Shown here one piece after another: positions 42,161 through 53,686 of a stretch of 64,000 nucleotides of DNA (its first letter is position 1; every line of letters starts with the position of its first letter). Source of the DNA: an uncultured Pseudomonadota bacterium (GTDB taxonomy: Bacteria > Oederibacteriota > Muellerivitia > Muellerivitales > Muellerivitaceae); the NCBI GenBank assembly GCA_963770835.1, contig CAVYRH010000007.1, positions 132,785 to 196,784 of the forward strand, written 5' to 3'. The translations under genes and the position numbers were made by a program. The notes beneath the pieces are model-generated. The model was given only the letters and a program-made list of their open reading frames with translations. It had not been told where the DNA came from and made no database searches.

Positions 42161-43254
42161 GAGGCAGTCCCATGAAGATCGACCTTCCGTACCTGTTCCA
42201 GGATGTCGACCGTCACGGCAACATCAGGCACTACGTCAGGAAGAAGATCGGCGGCAAGCACAGGCGCGTCAGGCTGACAAAGCCTCCCGGCTCCGCCACA
42301 TTCATGTCCGAGTACCAGGCGGCCCTTTGCCGTCTAAACGGGCCATTAGCGCCAGCTAAGGCGGACCAATCTCACGTCGGGACGCTCGGTTGGCTCGCCC
42401 AACAGTATCAGCAGTCTCACGCCTTCAGGAGCACTGACCCGCGCCAGCAGCGAATGCGCGCGAACGTCATGCGCTCGATCCAAGACGAGCCGACCAAGCC
42501 AGGCTCGAAGTTCAAGTTCGTCGACTGCCCGATCTCGGAGTTTACGGCCGATCATGTGAGGCTGCTCAGGAACCGTAAGCAGGACACGCCGGCCGCCGCC
42601 AACCGCCGGGTGGCTGAACTACGCAAGATGCTCGCCTGGGCCGTCGAGGAGCGAGGCCAGTGGGTGAAGCGCAACGTTGCGGCCGAGGTCAAAGGTCTCA
42701 AGCGCGAGGTCAAGGGCTTCATTGCTTGGACGGCCGAGGAGATCGCCAAGTTCGAGGCTCATTGGCCGGTCGGCTCCATGCCGCGCCTCGCGGTGGCGAT
42801 CATGCTGTTCACTGGTGTGCGCCGGTCAGACGCCGTGCTGCTCGGGCCTCCAATGGTCGATGACGGCTCGATCACGTTCATGCCGCAGAAGACACGCCGG
42901 CAGAATAAGGTTCTGACCTTGCCGATCCTAGACGTCCTGCAGCAAGTGCTCGACAAGACGCCCCATGGGCTGAAGACATGGTTGGTCCACAGCAAGGGGG
43001 AGCCGTTCACGGCCGCCGGCTTCGGCGGCTGGTTCAGAGAGCGCTGCGACGAGGCCGGGCTGACTGGATGCACGGCTCACGGCCTCCGCAAGGTCGCGGC
43101 TGAGACAGCCGCCGAGAACGGAGCAACCGAAAAGCAGATGATGGACATTTTCGGTTGGACCAAATCTGATCTGGCCGCCTACTACGCGCGCGGGGCGAAC
43201 CAACCCAAGATCGCGGGCGGAGCCATGCACACGCTGGTGAAGAAGGCATCGTGA
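42157..43254 (+). CDS. Tyrosine recombinase / phage-type integrase
   Basis: FTGVRRSDA (R), QKT (K), HGLRK (HxxR), FGW, YYAR (Y). Lies next to the tRNA 3' end. Confidence 0.95.
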   Translation: MRGSPMKIDLPYLFQDVDRHGNIRHYVRKKIGGKHRRVRLTKPPGSATFMSEYQAALCRLNGPLAPAKADQSHVGTLGWLAQQYQQSHAFRSTDPRQQRMRANVMRSIQDEPTKPGSKFKFVDCPISEFTADHVRLLRNRKQDTPAAANRRVAELRKMLAWAVEERGQWVKRNVAAEVKGLKREVKGFIAWTAEEIAKFEAHWPVGSMPRLAVAIMLFTGVRRSDAVLLGPPMVDDGSITFMPQKTRRQNKVLTLPILDVLQQVLDKTPHGLKTWLVHSKGEPFTAAGFGGWFRERCDEAGLTGCTAHGLRKVAAETAAENGATEKQMMDIFGWTKSDLAAYYARGANQPKIAGGAMHTLVKKAS

Positions 43255-43271
43255 ACGGATCGAGTCCGGCG

Positions 43272-43306
43272 GGGGTCCCACCAACTTGAGTGCCGGGGTC
43301 CCACCA
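43272..43306. repeat. 12-bp direct repeat GGGGTCCCACCA x2, candidate integrase arm-type sites
   Basis: Exact copies at 43272-43283 and 43295-43306, between the integrase stop and the tRNA 3' end. Function is inferred. Confidence 0.6.
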
Positions 43307-43335
43307 GTAGAAAGATCACCGACTTACGAGGAAGG

Positions 43336-43412
43336 TGGCAGGAGAGGAGGGACTCGAACCCCCAACCCCCGGTTTTGGAGACCGGTGCTCTAACCAATTG
43401 AGCTACACTCCT
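43336..43412 (-). tRNA. tRNA-Trp (CCA)
   Basis: AGGAGTGTAGCTCAATTGGTTAGAGCACCGGTCTCCAAAACCGGGGGTTGGGGGTTCGAGTCCCTCCTCTCCTGCCA: D arm, CCGGT/ACCGG anticodon stem with CCA, TTCGA T-loop, encoded 3' CCA. Confidence 0.97.
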
Positions 43413-43550
43413 ACGAAACGCCGTTCATGCCGCATCGCGCGCCCGGAATCAAGGGTGGATGGGCCCGCCGCTGCGCTTGACTTCGCCGCCCCTCGCCGCC
43501 AGTTTCCGCGCGCCGCGCTTGCCCCCCGTGCGGTTCGCCGCAAGGACCGG

Positions 43551-44506
43551 ATGCGCACCTATCTCAGCTTTGAAACGACGGTCGCCGACATCGAGGCCCG
43601 CCTCGATGAATTGCGCGCCGTGGCGGAGAAGGGCGATTCGCCGGCGCTGGCCGACGAAATCGCGCAAGCTCGAGGCCAGAGCCGAAAAGGCGCTGGCCGA
43701 TCTCTACGCCAGCCTGACGCCGTGGCAGAAGACGCAGGTCGCGCGCGCGCAGGGGCGTCCGCATTTCGGCGACTACGTCAAGGGGCTCGTCACCGAGTTC
43801 ACGCCGCTCGCCGGCGACCGCTATTTCGGCGAGGACGAGGCGATCGTCGGCGGCCTCGGAAGATTTCGAGGGCGAGTCGGTCTGCGTCATCGGCCAGGAG
43901 AAGGGCGACGACACGGCGAGCCGGGTCAGGCACAATTTCGGCATGGCGCGGCCCGAAGGCTATCGCAAGGCGGCGCGGCTGATGCAGCTTGCCGACCGCT
44001 TCGGCCTGCCGGTGATTTCGCTCATCGACACCGCGGGCGCCTTCCCCGGCGTCGAAGCCGAGGAGCGCGGCCAGGCCGAAGCCATCGCGCGATCGACCGA
44101 CGCCTGCCTCTCGCTCGGCGTGCCCAATGTCGCGGTGGTCATCGGCGAGGGCGGCTCGGGCGGCGCGCTCGCGATCGCCGCCTGCAACACGGTGCTGATG
44201 CTCGAGCACGCGATCTACACCGTGGCCTCGCCCGAAGCGGCGGCCTCGATTCTGTGGCGCGATTCCTCGCGCGCCCAGGAAGCGGCGACCGGCATGAAGA
44301 TCACCGCCCAGGACCTGATCAAGTTCGGCATCATCGACGGAATCATTCCCGAGCCGCTCGGCGGCGCGCACCGCGACCCGGCGGCGGCGATCGCCTCGAC
44401 CGGCCGCGCGATCAGCGACGCGCTGAAATCGCTGCACAATCTGGGTCCCGACGAACTGCGCAACGCGCGGGCGGAGAAATTTCTGGCGATGGGGCGGAAG
44501 ATGTGA
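43551..44506 (+). CDS. accA: Acetyl-CoA carboxylase carboxyltransferase alpha subunit (frameshifts)
   Basis: [19 protein letters not shown]...[51 protein letters not shown]. Confidence 0.95.
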
Positions 44507-44540
44507 TTCTCGCCCCAACCCCGTCTCCGGTCCCTCGAAC

Positions 44541-44557
44541 CCCGGATCAGGTCCGGG
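44541..44557. repeat. Intergenic palindrome CCCGGA-TCAGG-TCCGGG (REP/RPE-like hairpin)
   Basis: Perfect 6-bp stem between accA and uxuA. Family assignment is inferred. Confidence 0.45.
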
Positions 44558-44602
44558 ACGGATGAGGGGGCGAAGGGAGAGAACGCGATAGGGAGGATTG
44601 GC

Positions 44603-45810
44603 ATGCTGCAGACCTGGCGGTGGTTCGGGCCGGACGATCCGGTCAGCCTCGACAATGTCGCCAGGCCGGCGCGGCCGGAATCGTCAGCGCGCTGCATCAC
44701 TGGAACCGGGGCGAGGTCTGGAGCGAAGACGAGGTCGCTGAAGCGCCGGGCCGAGATCGAGCGCGCCGGCCTCGTCTGGTCGGTGGTCGAGAGCATCGGC
44801 GTCGGCGAGGAGATCAAGACGCGCAGCGGCGACTTCCGCGCCAAAATCGACAATTACAAGCAATCGATCCGCAACGCCGCGCGCGCCGGCGTGAAGGTCT
44901 TCTGCTACAATTTCATGGCGATCACCGACTGGACGCGCACCGAGCTCAACTGGCCGCTGCCGAACGGCGGGACGGCGCTGCGCTTCGACGCCGTCGATTT
45001 CGCGGCCTACGACCTCTTCATCCTCCGGCGCGAGGGCGCCGAGGGCGACTATGCGCCCGAGCAAATCGCCGCGGCGCGGGCGCGCTTCGAGGCGATGACG
45101 CCGGCGCGAAATGCGAGGAGCTCGAGCGGACGCTGATCGACTGGCTGCCGGCGCGCGAATTCACCTATGACCGGCAGAGCTTCAAGCGCGCGCTGGCGAC
45201 CTACGAGGACGTGACGGTCGAGGGCCTGCGCGCCAACCTGTTCGCATTCGTGCGCGAGATCGCCGCGTCGCCGAGGAGGAAGGCGCGCGCCTCGCCATCC
45301 ATCCCGACGATCCGGCCTTCCCGATCTTCGGCCTGCCGCGCGTGATGTCGACCGCCGAGGACGTGCGCAAGCTGTTCGCGGCCGTCCCGTCCACGGCCAA
45401 TGGGATCACGCTCTGCGCCGGCTCGTTCGGCTCGCAATCCCGAGAACGATCTCGTCGCGATGGCGAGGGAGTTCGGCCCGCGCGTTCATTTCGCCCATTT
45501 GCGCAACGTCAGGCGCGAGCCGGACGGCTCGTTCTTCGAGGCCGACCATCTCGCCGGCGAAACCGACATGGTCCGCCTCGTCGCGGCGCTGATGGCGGAG
45601 GAGGACCGCCGCCGCGCGGAAGGTCGCGCCGACGCCGAAATCCCGATGCGCCCCGACCACGGGCACCTGCTCGGCGACGACGGCAAGAAGCGCGTCAACC
45701 CCGGCTATTCGTTCATCGGCCGCCTCAAGGGTCTGGCCGAGTTGCGCGGCGTGATGCAGACGGTCGAGGCGTTCCGCAGCGGGCGGGCTGAGCCAGTAGA
45801 TCAAATCTGA
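44603..45810 (+). CDS. uxuA: Mannonate dehydratase (frameshifts)
   Basis: [62 protein letters not shown]. Confidence 0.95.
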
Positions 45811-46064
45811 CATTTGAGTCCGCGCTGGGTCGCGTCTTGCCGATGATCCGGATGAGTTCGCCTGGCAGATACGGCGCGGTCAGGGGTCAATCATAGGTAG
45901 TTCTCCCCATTGCCGAATTGTTCGGCGGCTTCATCATTGTAGTGTGACGTAACATTCTGGTGCATTCCAACGGTGCGAAGTGTCTGATTCGATCCTCTAG
46001 AAGTTTCGACAGCCGATATTTCGACGCGGATTGGCGTATAATGTTGGCTAAAGAGGGCACGTTC

Positions 46065-47942
46065 GTGGAACGGAAGCTCGCCGCCATCCTCGCCGCCGAC
46101 GTCGCCGGCTACAGCCGTCTGATGGAGCTGGACGAGGCGGGAACCTTCGAGCGGCTCAAGGCCCACCGGACTGAACTGGTCGAGCCGGCGATCGCGGCGC
46201 ATCGCGGCGCAATCTTCAAGCTGATGGGCGACGGTCTTCTCGCCGAGTTCGGGAGCGTCGTCGACGCGGTCGAATGCGCCGTCGACATCCAGCGCGGGAT
46301 GGCGGAGCGAAACGCCGGCCTTCCCGAGGACCAGCGCATCGACGTGCGCATCGGCGTCAATCTCGGCGAGGTGATCGTCGAGGGGACGGACCGGCACGGC
46401 GAGGGCGTCAACATCGCCGCGCGCCTTGAGCAGCTTGCCGATCCGGGCGGAATCTGCGTTTCCGGCAAGGTGGCGAACGAGGTCGAGAAGAAGCTCGCGT
46501 TCGGCTTCGAGCCGATGGGCGCGCAGAAGGTCAAGAACATCTACCGAGCCGATCCCGGCCTATCGGGTGAAGCTCGACGGCGTCAGGGCTCCGGCGAAGC
46601 GCAAGCCGGCCGAACCGCCCCTGGCCGAATTGGGCGAGGCCGCTCGCAGCGGCATTGTTCTCCTCGCCGGCCTCGTCGCCGGCCGGCTGGTATGGCCTCG
46701 TTCGCTGCGCCCCGACCCGCGTGGCCGGCGCCCATGTCCCGTCGATCGCGGTTCTGCCGTTCGACGATCTGAGCCCCGACAAGAGCCTCAGCTATCTCGG
46801 CGACGGGATGAGCGAGGACATCATCACCATGCTGTCGCGCTTTCCCGATCTCTCGGTGATCGCGCGCAACTCGTCCTTCGTCTACAAGGGCAAGCCGGTC
46901 GACATTCGCCAGGTCGGCCGCGATCTCAATGTCGACTATGCGCTCGAAGGCAGCGTCCGCAAGGAGGCTGACCAGATTCGCATCACAGCCCAGCTCATCG
47001 ACACGCAGACGGGCAAGCACGTCTGGGCCGAGCGCTATGACAAGGCTGGAAAGGACCCGCTGGCGCTGCAAGACGAGGTGACGGGGAAGATCGTCGGCGC
47101 AATGACGGGAGAGAAGGGCCAAGTCAAGCAGGGACAGTATCACGAAGCCTGGGGCAAGGATGCCGCCAACCTCGGCGAATACGATTACTATCTTCGCGGT
47201 CACGATATTTTCATCAACGCGAACGTCCAGGCAGGACAATGACCGCGCCGGGCGAGATTTGGGAGGAAGGGCTGGCGAAATATCCGGACTTCGAACCTGC
47301 TGAAGGTCAAGCTCGGATGGTACCATATGAAAGCAGGTTGGAGATGGTGGAGCGACGACGTTCCGGCCGAGTTCCGCAAGGCCGGCGAACTGAGCAGGGC
47401 CGTGCTCGCCGCGAACAACCTCTCGCCGCAGGTGAAGCGTTTGGCCCACTGGCTCTTCGCCCAGGTGCTTACGACGGAGGGCGACTTCGACCGAGCGGTG
47501 ACGGAGGCCGACGCCGCAATGGCTCTGGCGCCCTACGACAGCTCCCTCATCGCCGACCTTTCAAGCGTGCTGATCGCATCCGGCAAGCCGGACAAGGCTT
47601 TGGAGTGGATCGGCGCGCGCGACAACTCGTGATCCCGGCAGTGCGCGAGACATGGACTACAACCGAGGCTTGGCGCTTCGCGTTCTTGGAAAGTACGTGG
47701 ATTCGATCGCCGCCTTCAAGCAGGCGGATTACCCGGACTCGGACACGCGTATCCACCTCGCCATCGCGCTCGTCCGCCTCGGCCGGATCGACGAGGCCAG
47801 GGCGGAGGTGAGAGCCTACCTTGGGAAGAACGATCCAAAATTCACCGGGGGCGCATGGCGCGCGGCGTGGTTCTACAGCGATCCTTCAATCCTCGACCGC
47901 GAAGTCGCCGATCTCGCCACGGCCGGCCTGCCGGAAAAATAA
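46065..47942 (+). CDS. Class III adenylate/guanylate cyclase with TolB-like and TPR domains (frameshifts)
   Basis: ERKLAAILAADVAGYSRLM, GDG.LAEF, RIGVNLG, GEGVNIAARLE, SIAVLPF, VIARNSSF.YKG, YALEGSVR. Confidence 0.9.
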
Positions 47943-48005
47943 CAAGCAGTCTGCGAGGCTGCGATTGGGCCCGGTCGTCGCGGCAATAGGAAACGCGCAG
48001 GCCGC

Positions 48006-48872
48006 TCATCTTTTCTCTTCGGCCATCGCCAATACGCTAAGCCCGCCAACCACCCGCTCGTCTCGGCTCTGAGTGACGTTGATCAGCGCATTGCCCTCGG
48101 GCAGCGCGCCGACAAGCGTGAACCGGCGGCAGCTCCGCCGCGCAATCTTCACGGTGAGCTCTGCCGGCGCTCGCTCGAGTTCGGCGGCGCTCGGGTCGGC
48201 GGAGGCGACGATCCCAAGACGCTCGACCTTGCCGGGACTGTCGAGGATCGCGCGCCCGCCGGGCATGCCGGGAAGAAAGGCTTCGATCCCCTCGAGCGGC
48301 GCCTGCCGCGCCAAAACGACAAAATTGCGCTCTTCCTCGGCGCCGTTGCAGACCTGGAAGGCGTACCTGATCAGATGCCGCTTGCTCGATCCGACCGGCA
48401 ACACCCCGAGGTTGTGCTGGGCGATGCTCCAGTTGACCCCCGGCCCGGCGTCGCCCTCGAGATTGGGCTGGAAGGGGTACGCAATGTTGCTGGCATAGGT
48501 CCAGGCGACCAGGCACTCGTGCCCGCCATTCTCGTAGACCGGCGTCCATGGGGCCAGGGATTTGAAGTCGACCGATTGGCCGGCTGAGATGCCATAAATC
48601 GTCGGCAGTTCGATGTTGTTTGCGGCGGATGTGGGAAGCGGGATCGGCCCGGCGGTCGGAATCGCCCAAACCGCTTGCAAGTTCCACCAAAGCGTCTCGG
48701 AGCCGATGGTCTGGCTCGTGGAGTTCGTGACGCGCACCCAGACGTCGTAAGCCTGTCCCGCGATCGGATTGCCGACACGCGGGGAACTGCTCGTGCTCGG
48801 CGGGTTCGCGACCCAGATGTCAGGACTGGTCCACCAGTTCGGACTGCCGTGACGAATGATGAGACCAGACAT
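48006..48872 (-). CDS. Hypothetical protein (Ig/CARDB-like beta domain)
   Basis: Intact 288-aa ORF with SPDIWV, NP..G...VWVRVTN, HECLVA and IAQHNL motifs. RBS-like GAGGGA upstream. Confidence 0.65.
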   Translation of the reverse strand: MSGLIIRHGSPNWWTSPDIWVANPPSTSSSPRVGNPIAGQAYDVWVRVTNSTSQTIGSETLWWNLQAVWAIPTAGPIPLPTSAANNIELPTIYGISAGQSVDFKSLAPWTPVYENGGHECLVAWTYASNIAYPFQPNLEGDAGPGVNWSIAQHNLGVLPVGSSKRHLIRYAFQVCNGAEEERNFVVLARQAPLEGIEAFLPGMPGGRAILDSPGKVERLGIVASADPSAAELERAPAELTVKIARRSCRRFTLVGALPEGNALINVTQSRDERVVGGLSVLAMAEEKR

Positions 48873-49219
48873 TGTCGTTCCCTCGATTTGCAGTGAGCCG
48901 ACGCGCCAACCAGAAAATTTGACAAACCAATTCAGCCATTAAAACATAGGCATTTCTACCTATATCGAGGCCCCGCGCTGTGACGTGCGTCACCCTGCCC
49001 ATCGTCGTCACGCTTCCCATCCGGTTTGCATTTTCCGCTGTCGCGCCAGCATCCGGCGCCACTCCGTCGGCCGCTGTACGTGGGCCGGCTGATGAAGCGC
49101 GTGGTCGCGGACGACCGCCATGCGATGCTCGAAGACGTCGCGCAGCCCTCGGCCGCGACACGAGAATCAGGTAGTCTGTGCGCCTCGGACTGGGCCGAGG
49201 GGACACGGGAAGTCAGACG

Positions 49220-49642
49220 ATGTCGGAGACCATTGGAATTGGCGGCCTCGAGCTCAGGTTTCTTCAGACCAAGGACGAGACAGCCGGCAGCCTCGATGCC
49301 TTCGAAATGACGGTTCAGCCGAACGCGGGCGTGCCGATCGCGCATTATCACGAGAGCTGGGACGAGACCATTTACGGGTTGATGGGCGTGTCGACCTGGC
49401 GTGTCGACGGCCAGGACATCATGCTCAAGCCCGGTCAGTCCATCTTCATCAAGCGCGGGATTGTTCACGCCTTCCGCAACGATACGCAGGAGGCGACGAC
49501 TTGCCTGTGCATCCTGACTCCGGGCGTGCTCGGGCCCGGCTATTTCCGTGAGATTGCGGCGCTTCTGGCCGAAGGCGCGCCGGACCCGGCGAAAATGAAG
49601 GCGATCATGCTGCGCCACGGGCTCGTCCCCGCGCCGCAATAG
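49220..49642 (+). CDS. Cupin domain protein
   Basis: HYHESWDETIY and LKPGQSIFIKRGIVHAFRN cupin motifs. Confidence 0.88.
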   Translation: MSETIGIGGLELRFLQTKDETAGSLDAFEMTVQPNAGVPIAHYHESWDETIYGLMGVSTWRVDGQDIMLKPGQSIFIKRGIVHAFRNDTQEATTCLCILTPGVLGPGYFREIAALLAEGAPDPAKMKAIMLRHGLVPAPQ

Positions 49643-49648
49643 GAGGCG

Positions 49649-50869
49649 CTACATACCGCCCAGATGCTCGGCGACGGAATATATGTCCTTGTCGCCGCGC
49701 CCCGACAGGTTCAGGACCATCAGGTGATCCTTCGGCCGCTTAGGCGCGAGCTCGATGATCTTGGCCAGCGCGTGCGCGGGCTCGAGCGCGGGAATGATGC
49801 CTTCGAGCTTCGAGCAGAGCTGGAAGGCGTCGAGCGCTTCCCTGTCGGTGGCGGAGAGATAGGTCACCCGGCCCACATCGTTGAGCCAGGAATGCTCGGG
49901 CCCGACGCCCGGATAGTCGAGCCCGGCCGAGATCGAATGGCCTTCGAGGATCTGGCCGTCGTCGGTCTGCAAGAGATAGGTGCGGTTGCCGTGCAGAACG
50001 CCGGGCCGGCCGCCATTGATCGAGGCGGCGTGGCCGTCCGGAACGTCGAGTCCATGCCCCGCCGCTTCGACGCCGAACATCTCGATCTCGGGCTCGTCGA
50101 GGAAGGGATGAAAGAGGCCGATGGCGTTCGAGCCGCCGCCGATGCAGGCGACGAGGCTGTCGGGCAGGCGGCCTTCGGCCTCCAGCATCTGCGCCCGCGT
50201 CTCCTCGCCGATCACGCACTGAAAGTCGCGCACCATGGCGGGATAGGGATGGGGGCCGGCGACGGTGCCGATGCAATAATAGGTGTCGCGCACGTTGGTG
50301 ACCCAGTCGCGCAAGGCCTCGTTCATCGCGTCCTTGAGCGTCCGCGCGCCCTGCTCGACTGGCCTGACTTCCGCGCCCAGCATCTTCATGCGGAAGACGT
50401 TCGGCTTCTGCCGCTCGACGTCGACCGCGCCCATGTAGACGACGCACTGAAGGCCGAAGCGCGCGCAGGCGGTGGCGGTCGCGACGCCATGCTGGCCGGC
50501 GCCGGTTTCGGCGATGATGCGCTTTTTGCCCATGCGCCGCGCGAGCAGGATCTGCCCGATCACGTTGTTGATCTTGTGCGCGCCGGTGTGATTGAGCTCC
50601 TCGCGCTTGAAGTAGATCTTGGCGCCGCCGAGATGTTCGGTCAGCCGTTCGGCGAAATAGAGCGGGCTCGGGCGCCCGACATAGTGCTTGAGCAGGTGGT
50701 CGAGCTCGGCCTTGAAAGCGGGATCGGCCTTCGCCTCCTCGTAAGCCTTCTCGAGCGAGAGAATCAGCGGCATCAGCGTCTCGGGGACGAAGCGTCCGCC
50801 GTAGATGCCGAAGCGGCCGCGCTCGTTCGGGCCGGCGCGATAGGAATTTGGCTTCTCGAGCTTGCTCAT
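49649..50869 (-). CDS. trpB: Tryptophan synthase beta chain
   Basis: [62 protein letters not shown]. Confidence 0.98.
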   Translation of the reverse strand: MSKLEKPNSYRAGPNERGRFGIYGGRFVPETLMPLILSLEKAYEEAKADPAFKAELDHLLKHYVGRPSPLYFAERLTEHLGGAKIYFKREELNHTGAHKINNVIGQILLARRMGKKRIIAETGAGQHGVATATACARFGLQCVVYMGAVDVERQKPNVFRMKMLGAEVRPVEQGARTLKDAMNEALRDWVTNVRDTYYCIGTVAGPHPYPAMVRDFQCVIGEETRAQMLEAEGRLPDSLVACIGGGSNAIGLFHPFLDEPEIEMFGVEAAGHGLDVPDGHAASINGGRPGVLHGNRTYLLQTDDGQILEGHSISAGLDYPGVGPEHSWLNDVGRVTYLSATDREALDAFQLCSKLEGIIPALEPAHALAKIIELAPKRPKDHLMVLNLSGRGDKDIYSVAEHLGGM

Positions 50870-51533
50870 GTCACTCCCGCAGGCGCTCGCGCGAAGGCGC
50901 GGCGGGCCGCGGCGACGAACGCCCTGATCTTGCGCTCATCCTTGACGCCGGGCGCGCTCTCGACGCCGGAGGAGATATCGACGCCGCGCGCTCCGCTGAG
51001 CGCGATCGCCGTCGCGACATTCTCGGGGTCGAGCCCGCCGGACAAGAGCCACGGAACGCGGGAATGAAACTCCCGTGTCAGGCGCCAGTCGAACGGACGG
51101 CCGTTGCCGCCGGGCAGCGCCGCGTCCTTGGGCGGCTTGGCGTCGATCAGGAGATGAGCGGCGACGCCCTCGTAAGCCTCGGCCTGAGCGAGATCGGCGC
51201 GCGCGGCGACCCCGATCGCCTTCATCGTTGGGAGAGCGCAAAGCTCGCCGATCCGCTTCACCCGCGCCGGCGTTTCGGCCCCGTGCAATTGCATGAGGTC
51301 GGGCGACAAAGCGTCGACGATGCGCTTTAAGGCCTCGTCGTCGGCGTCGACGCTGAGCGCGACGATACGGGCTCGTCCCCGGCCTGAAGGCCGAGCGCGC
51401 GGGCTGTCGCGAAGTCGATATGGCGCGGGCTTTTGGGAAAGAACACGAATCCGACCATGTCCGCGCCTGCTTCGAGCGCGGCGTCGAGCGTCAAGGCCGT
51501 GGAAAGGCCGCAAATTTTTACCACGGGCGTCAT
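50866..51533 (-). CDS. trpF: Phosphoribosylanthranilate isomerase (frameshift near 51385)
   Basis: [46 protein letters not shown]. Confidence 0.95.
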
Positions 51534-51716
51534 CGCGCGCTTCTTTCGGTCAAAGCGCCCGCGCTGTCAAAGGGCTGGCCCGTGAACATGAGCGCGCGCG
51601 ACTGGACCGGGCGCTGTCGGCGAGCGTCAGATCCGCCAGCCCACATACGGCCTGGACGCCCGCGGAAGACGAACATGCCTCCCCGCTGGGGACGCGGATG
51701 CTCTTCCGGCGTGGGC

Positions 51717-52620
51717 TCAGATTCGCCCCGGAAAGACGCTTCGGAGCACCGGGAGGAACTTGTTCGCCAGCGCTAGGAACCCGGCCGAATAGGGATGAAT
51801 CTCGTTCGCCCACCCGAGCGGCTGCGACAAGTCGCGCGTGAGCATGCCCCTCGTATCCACAAGGTAGTAATTGTTCTTCTTCACGCTCGCGAGGCCGTTC
51901 AGCATGGCGTAGAGCCGGTCGATGGCGTTCTGAACGATCGTGAGTCCCTCGGCATAGTCATAATGTGTGAAATTGAGCGGCGGCTGCAGCCAGGGGCCCT
52001 GGAAGAAGACCCCAATTCCGTTCGGTATCGCATAATCGTAGCAATGGCCGAAGATCGGCGTGTCCGGCGCATAGAGATTGCGAAAGTCGAACAGCGCCTG
52101 ATACGACGCCTCGACCAAATCAATGGCACCCTGGATCCAATTCGACAGACCCCCGCCGAAATAATCCAGATAAATGATGAACTGGTCGCCGACAACGTCA
52201 TCGCCCCCGCCGGACACGAGGATCGCGTCAGGGGTTCCGTTGAGCCATGAGGAATCGGCGATGTCGCTCACGTATTGCATTTGGTCGGCAAGCCCCATGG
52301 TCGTGGTCATCGGGTTGCCGTGGACCGCGAGCGAGAGAGCGATTGGGCGCGGATTTCCAATCGTTTGCAATTTCGCGACGATGTCCTGGTTGGGCCAGGG
52401 TATGCCATAGTCGTTGAGAGGATAGTCGAACCACAGAATCGCCAATCGCCAGAAAGTCCAATTGCTGCTTCGCGGCCTTGAGCTTGTTCGCCTTACGGTA
52501 CCGCCGCCGCGCGTTGATCGTATGGATCTTGACGCGATGCTCTTGTGCCCGTTTGGCGTATTCGTCCTCGACCTGCTGCCGCAACTGGGCTTTGAGCTTT
52601 GCCCGTTCGGCAATATCCAT
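51717..52620 (-). CDS. SGNH/GDSL-like hydrolase with a basic helical N-terminus (frameshift near 52435)
   Basis: FLAIGDS|WFDYP, SGGGDD, HCYDY, WANEIHP. Confidence 0.75.
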
Positions 52621-52752
52621 GGCTCGCCCTCCCTGAAGATGGCCAGGTCCCCATCGTTCGGTCGGCGGCGGACCTTGCGCCTTTAGCCGAATCCGTATCG
52701 GCGGCGGGGCGGTCCCGCTGTGATCCGGATCACACCCGTCAAGGCGCCTCGT

Positions 52753-53112
52753 TCATTGACCTTCCGCCTTGACGGGGCCGAGGTCGCGCTCGATCGCCTC
52801 GATTTCGCCTTGCGCCGCCGCCCGCATCTTGGCTTCCGCGTCGCGGTAAAGGGCGACGATCCGTCGGCCCTGGTCGGTCAGCGCGGCGCCGCCGCCCTTC
52901 GCCCCGCCGTGATGCGCGGCGACGACGGGCTCGGCGAACAGCCGGTTCAGTTCGTCGACCAGGAGCCAGGCGCGACGGTACGACATCTGGTGCGCGCGGC
53001 CGGCGGCGGAGATCGATCCGGTCTTCTCGATCAATTCCAAAAGCGCAATCTTGCCGGCGCCTAAGCGTCGGCCAAGCTCGAAATCAAGCCGGATCGTCAA
53101 ACGCGTGGCCAC
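52753..53112 (-). CDS. modE: ModE-like winged-helix regulator (N-terminal domain only)
   Basis: LG.GKI.LLE.I..TGSISAAGR...MSYRRAWLLV..LN, GG..GGGA.LT..G. GGAGG RBS before GTG. Confidence 0.85.
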   Translation of the reverse strand: MATRLTIRLDFELGRRLGAGKIALLELIEKTGSISAAGRAHQMSYRRAWLLVDELNRLFAEPVVAAHHGGAKGGGAALTDQGRRIVALYRDAEAKMRAAAQGEIEAIERDLGPVKAEGQ

Positions 53113-53220
53113 CGTTCCTCCCGATAGTCGCGTGAGCCAAGCGCGGCTACCATTGGCCGTGTCAACCCAAACGCCATCTGCGTAGAAACCCGCTGTCCGA
53201 GGCCTCAAGTTCGGGCCACC

Positions 53221-53580
53221 TCAGTTGCACGCTGTTCCATAGTGTTCGCTGTGTCCCGTGATAGATCCACACCGACCACAGAACGTGTGCCTATAAAAGC
53301 TGCCGTCCGGCAACATCTCCAATTGACGATAACCGTTTCCAATTTTTACAACCCCAGGCTCGGTGACCAACCAGACGAGGCGCCGACCTCGTTTATTGAT
53401 GAACTGACCATCGGCTGCAAACATACTGATTCCCCCATCGTCCCAGCAGATCTTCTTGCCAACAAGATCATTTGCGGTCACTGGCCGACTTTTCGTTGGT
53501 CGACCCAATTGGGCATCGGCTGCCGTCATGCAAAAGGCCGCGCAAGCGCTAGTGAAGAGAGTTGGAAGGAATCGTAGCAT
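53221..53580 (-). CDS. Small secreted Cys-containing hypothetical protein
   Basis: Signal peptide ending ADA. Lower GC than flanks. CW, CGRC and terminal C. Confidence 0.55.
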   Translation of the reverse strand: MLRFLPTLFTSACAAFCMTAADAQLGRPTKSRPVTANDLVGKKICWDDGGISMFAADGQFINKRGRRLVWLVTEPGVVKIGNGYRQLEMLPDGSFYRHTFCGRCGSITGHSEHYGTACN

Positions 53581-53686
53581 GAGGGCGGTTCCTTTAAGTC
53601 CTACGTCTCCACCTCCCGGTTGGGAGCTTAAATCACACAGGAGGTGATTCAAAAAATCCTGACGTCGACGTTTATGGGTTTACCAC

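Larger units (their letters stand above)
24948..43336. mobile_element. tRNA-Trp-integrated genomic (defence) island; left boundary not visible
   Basis: Integrase and xis abut the tRNA 3' end. Cargo is defence genes and IS elements. Core genes resume beyond the tRNA. Confidence 0.75.

Noticed and set aside
43335..43550. ORF start MAGEEGLEPPTPGFGDRCS
   Set aside because: It is a translation of the tRNA-Trp antisense strand.
48900..49200. Short ORFs between the hypothetical gene and the cupin
   Set aside because: No recognisable motif or consistent frame. They may be a gene remnant, but this cannot be supported.
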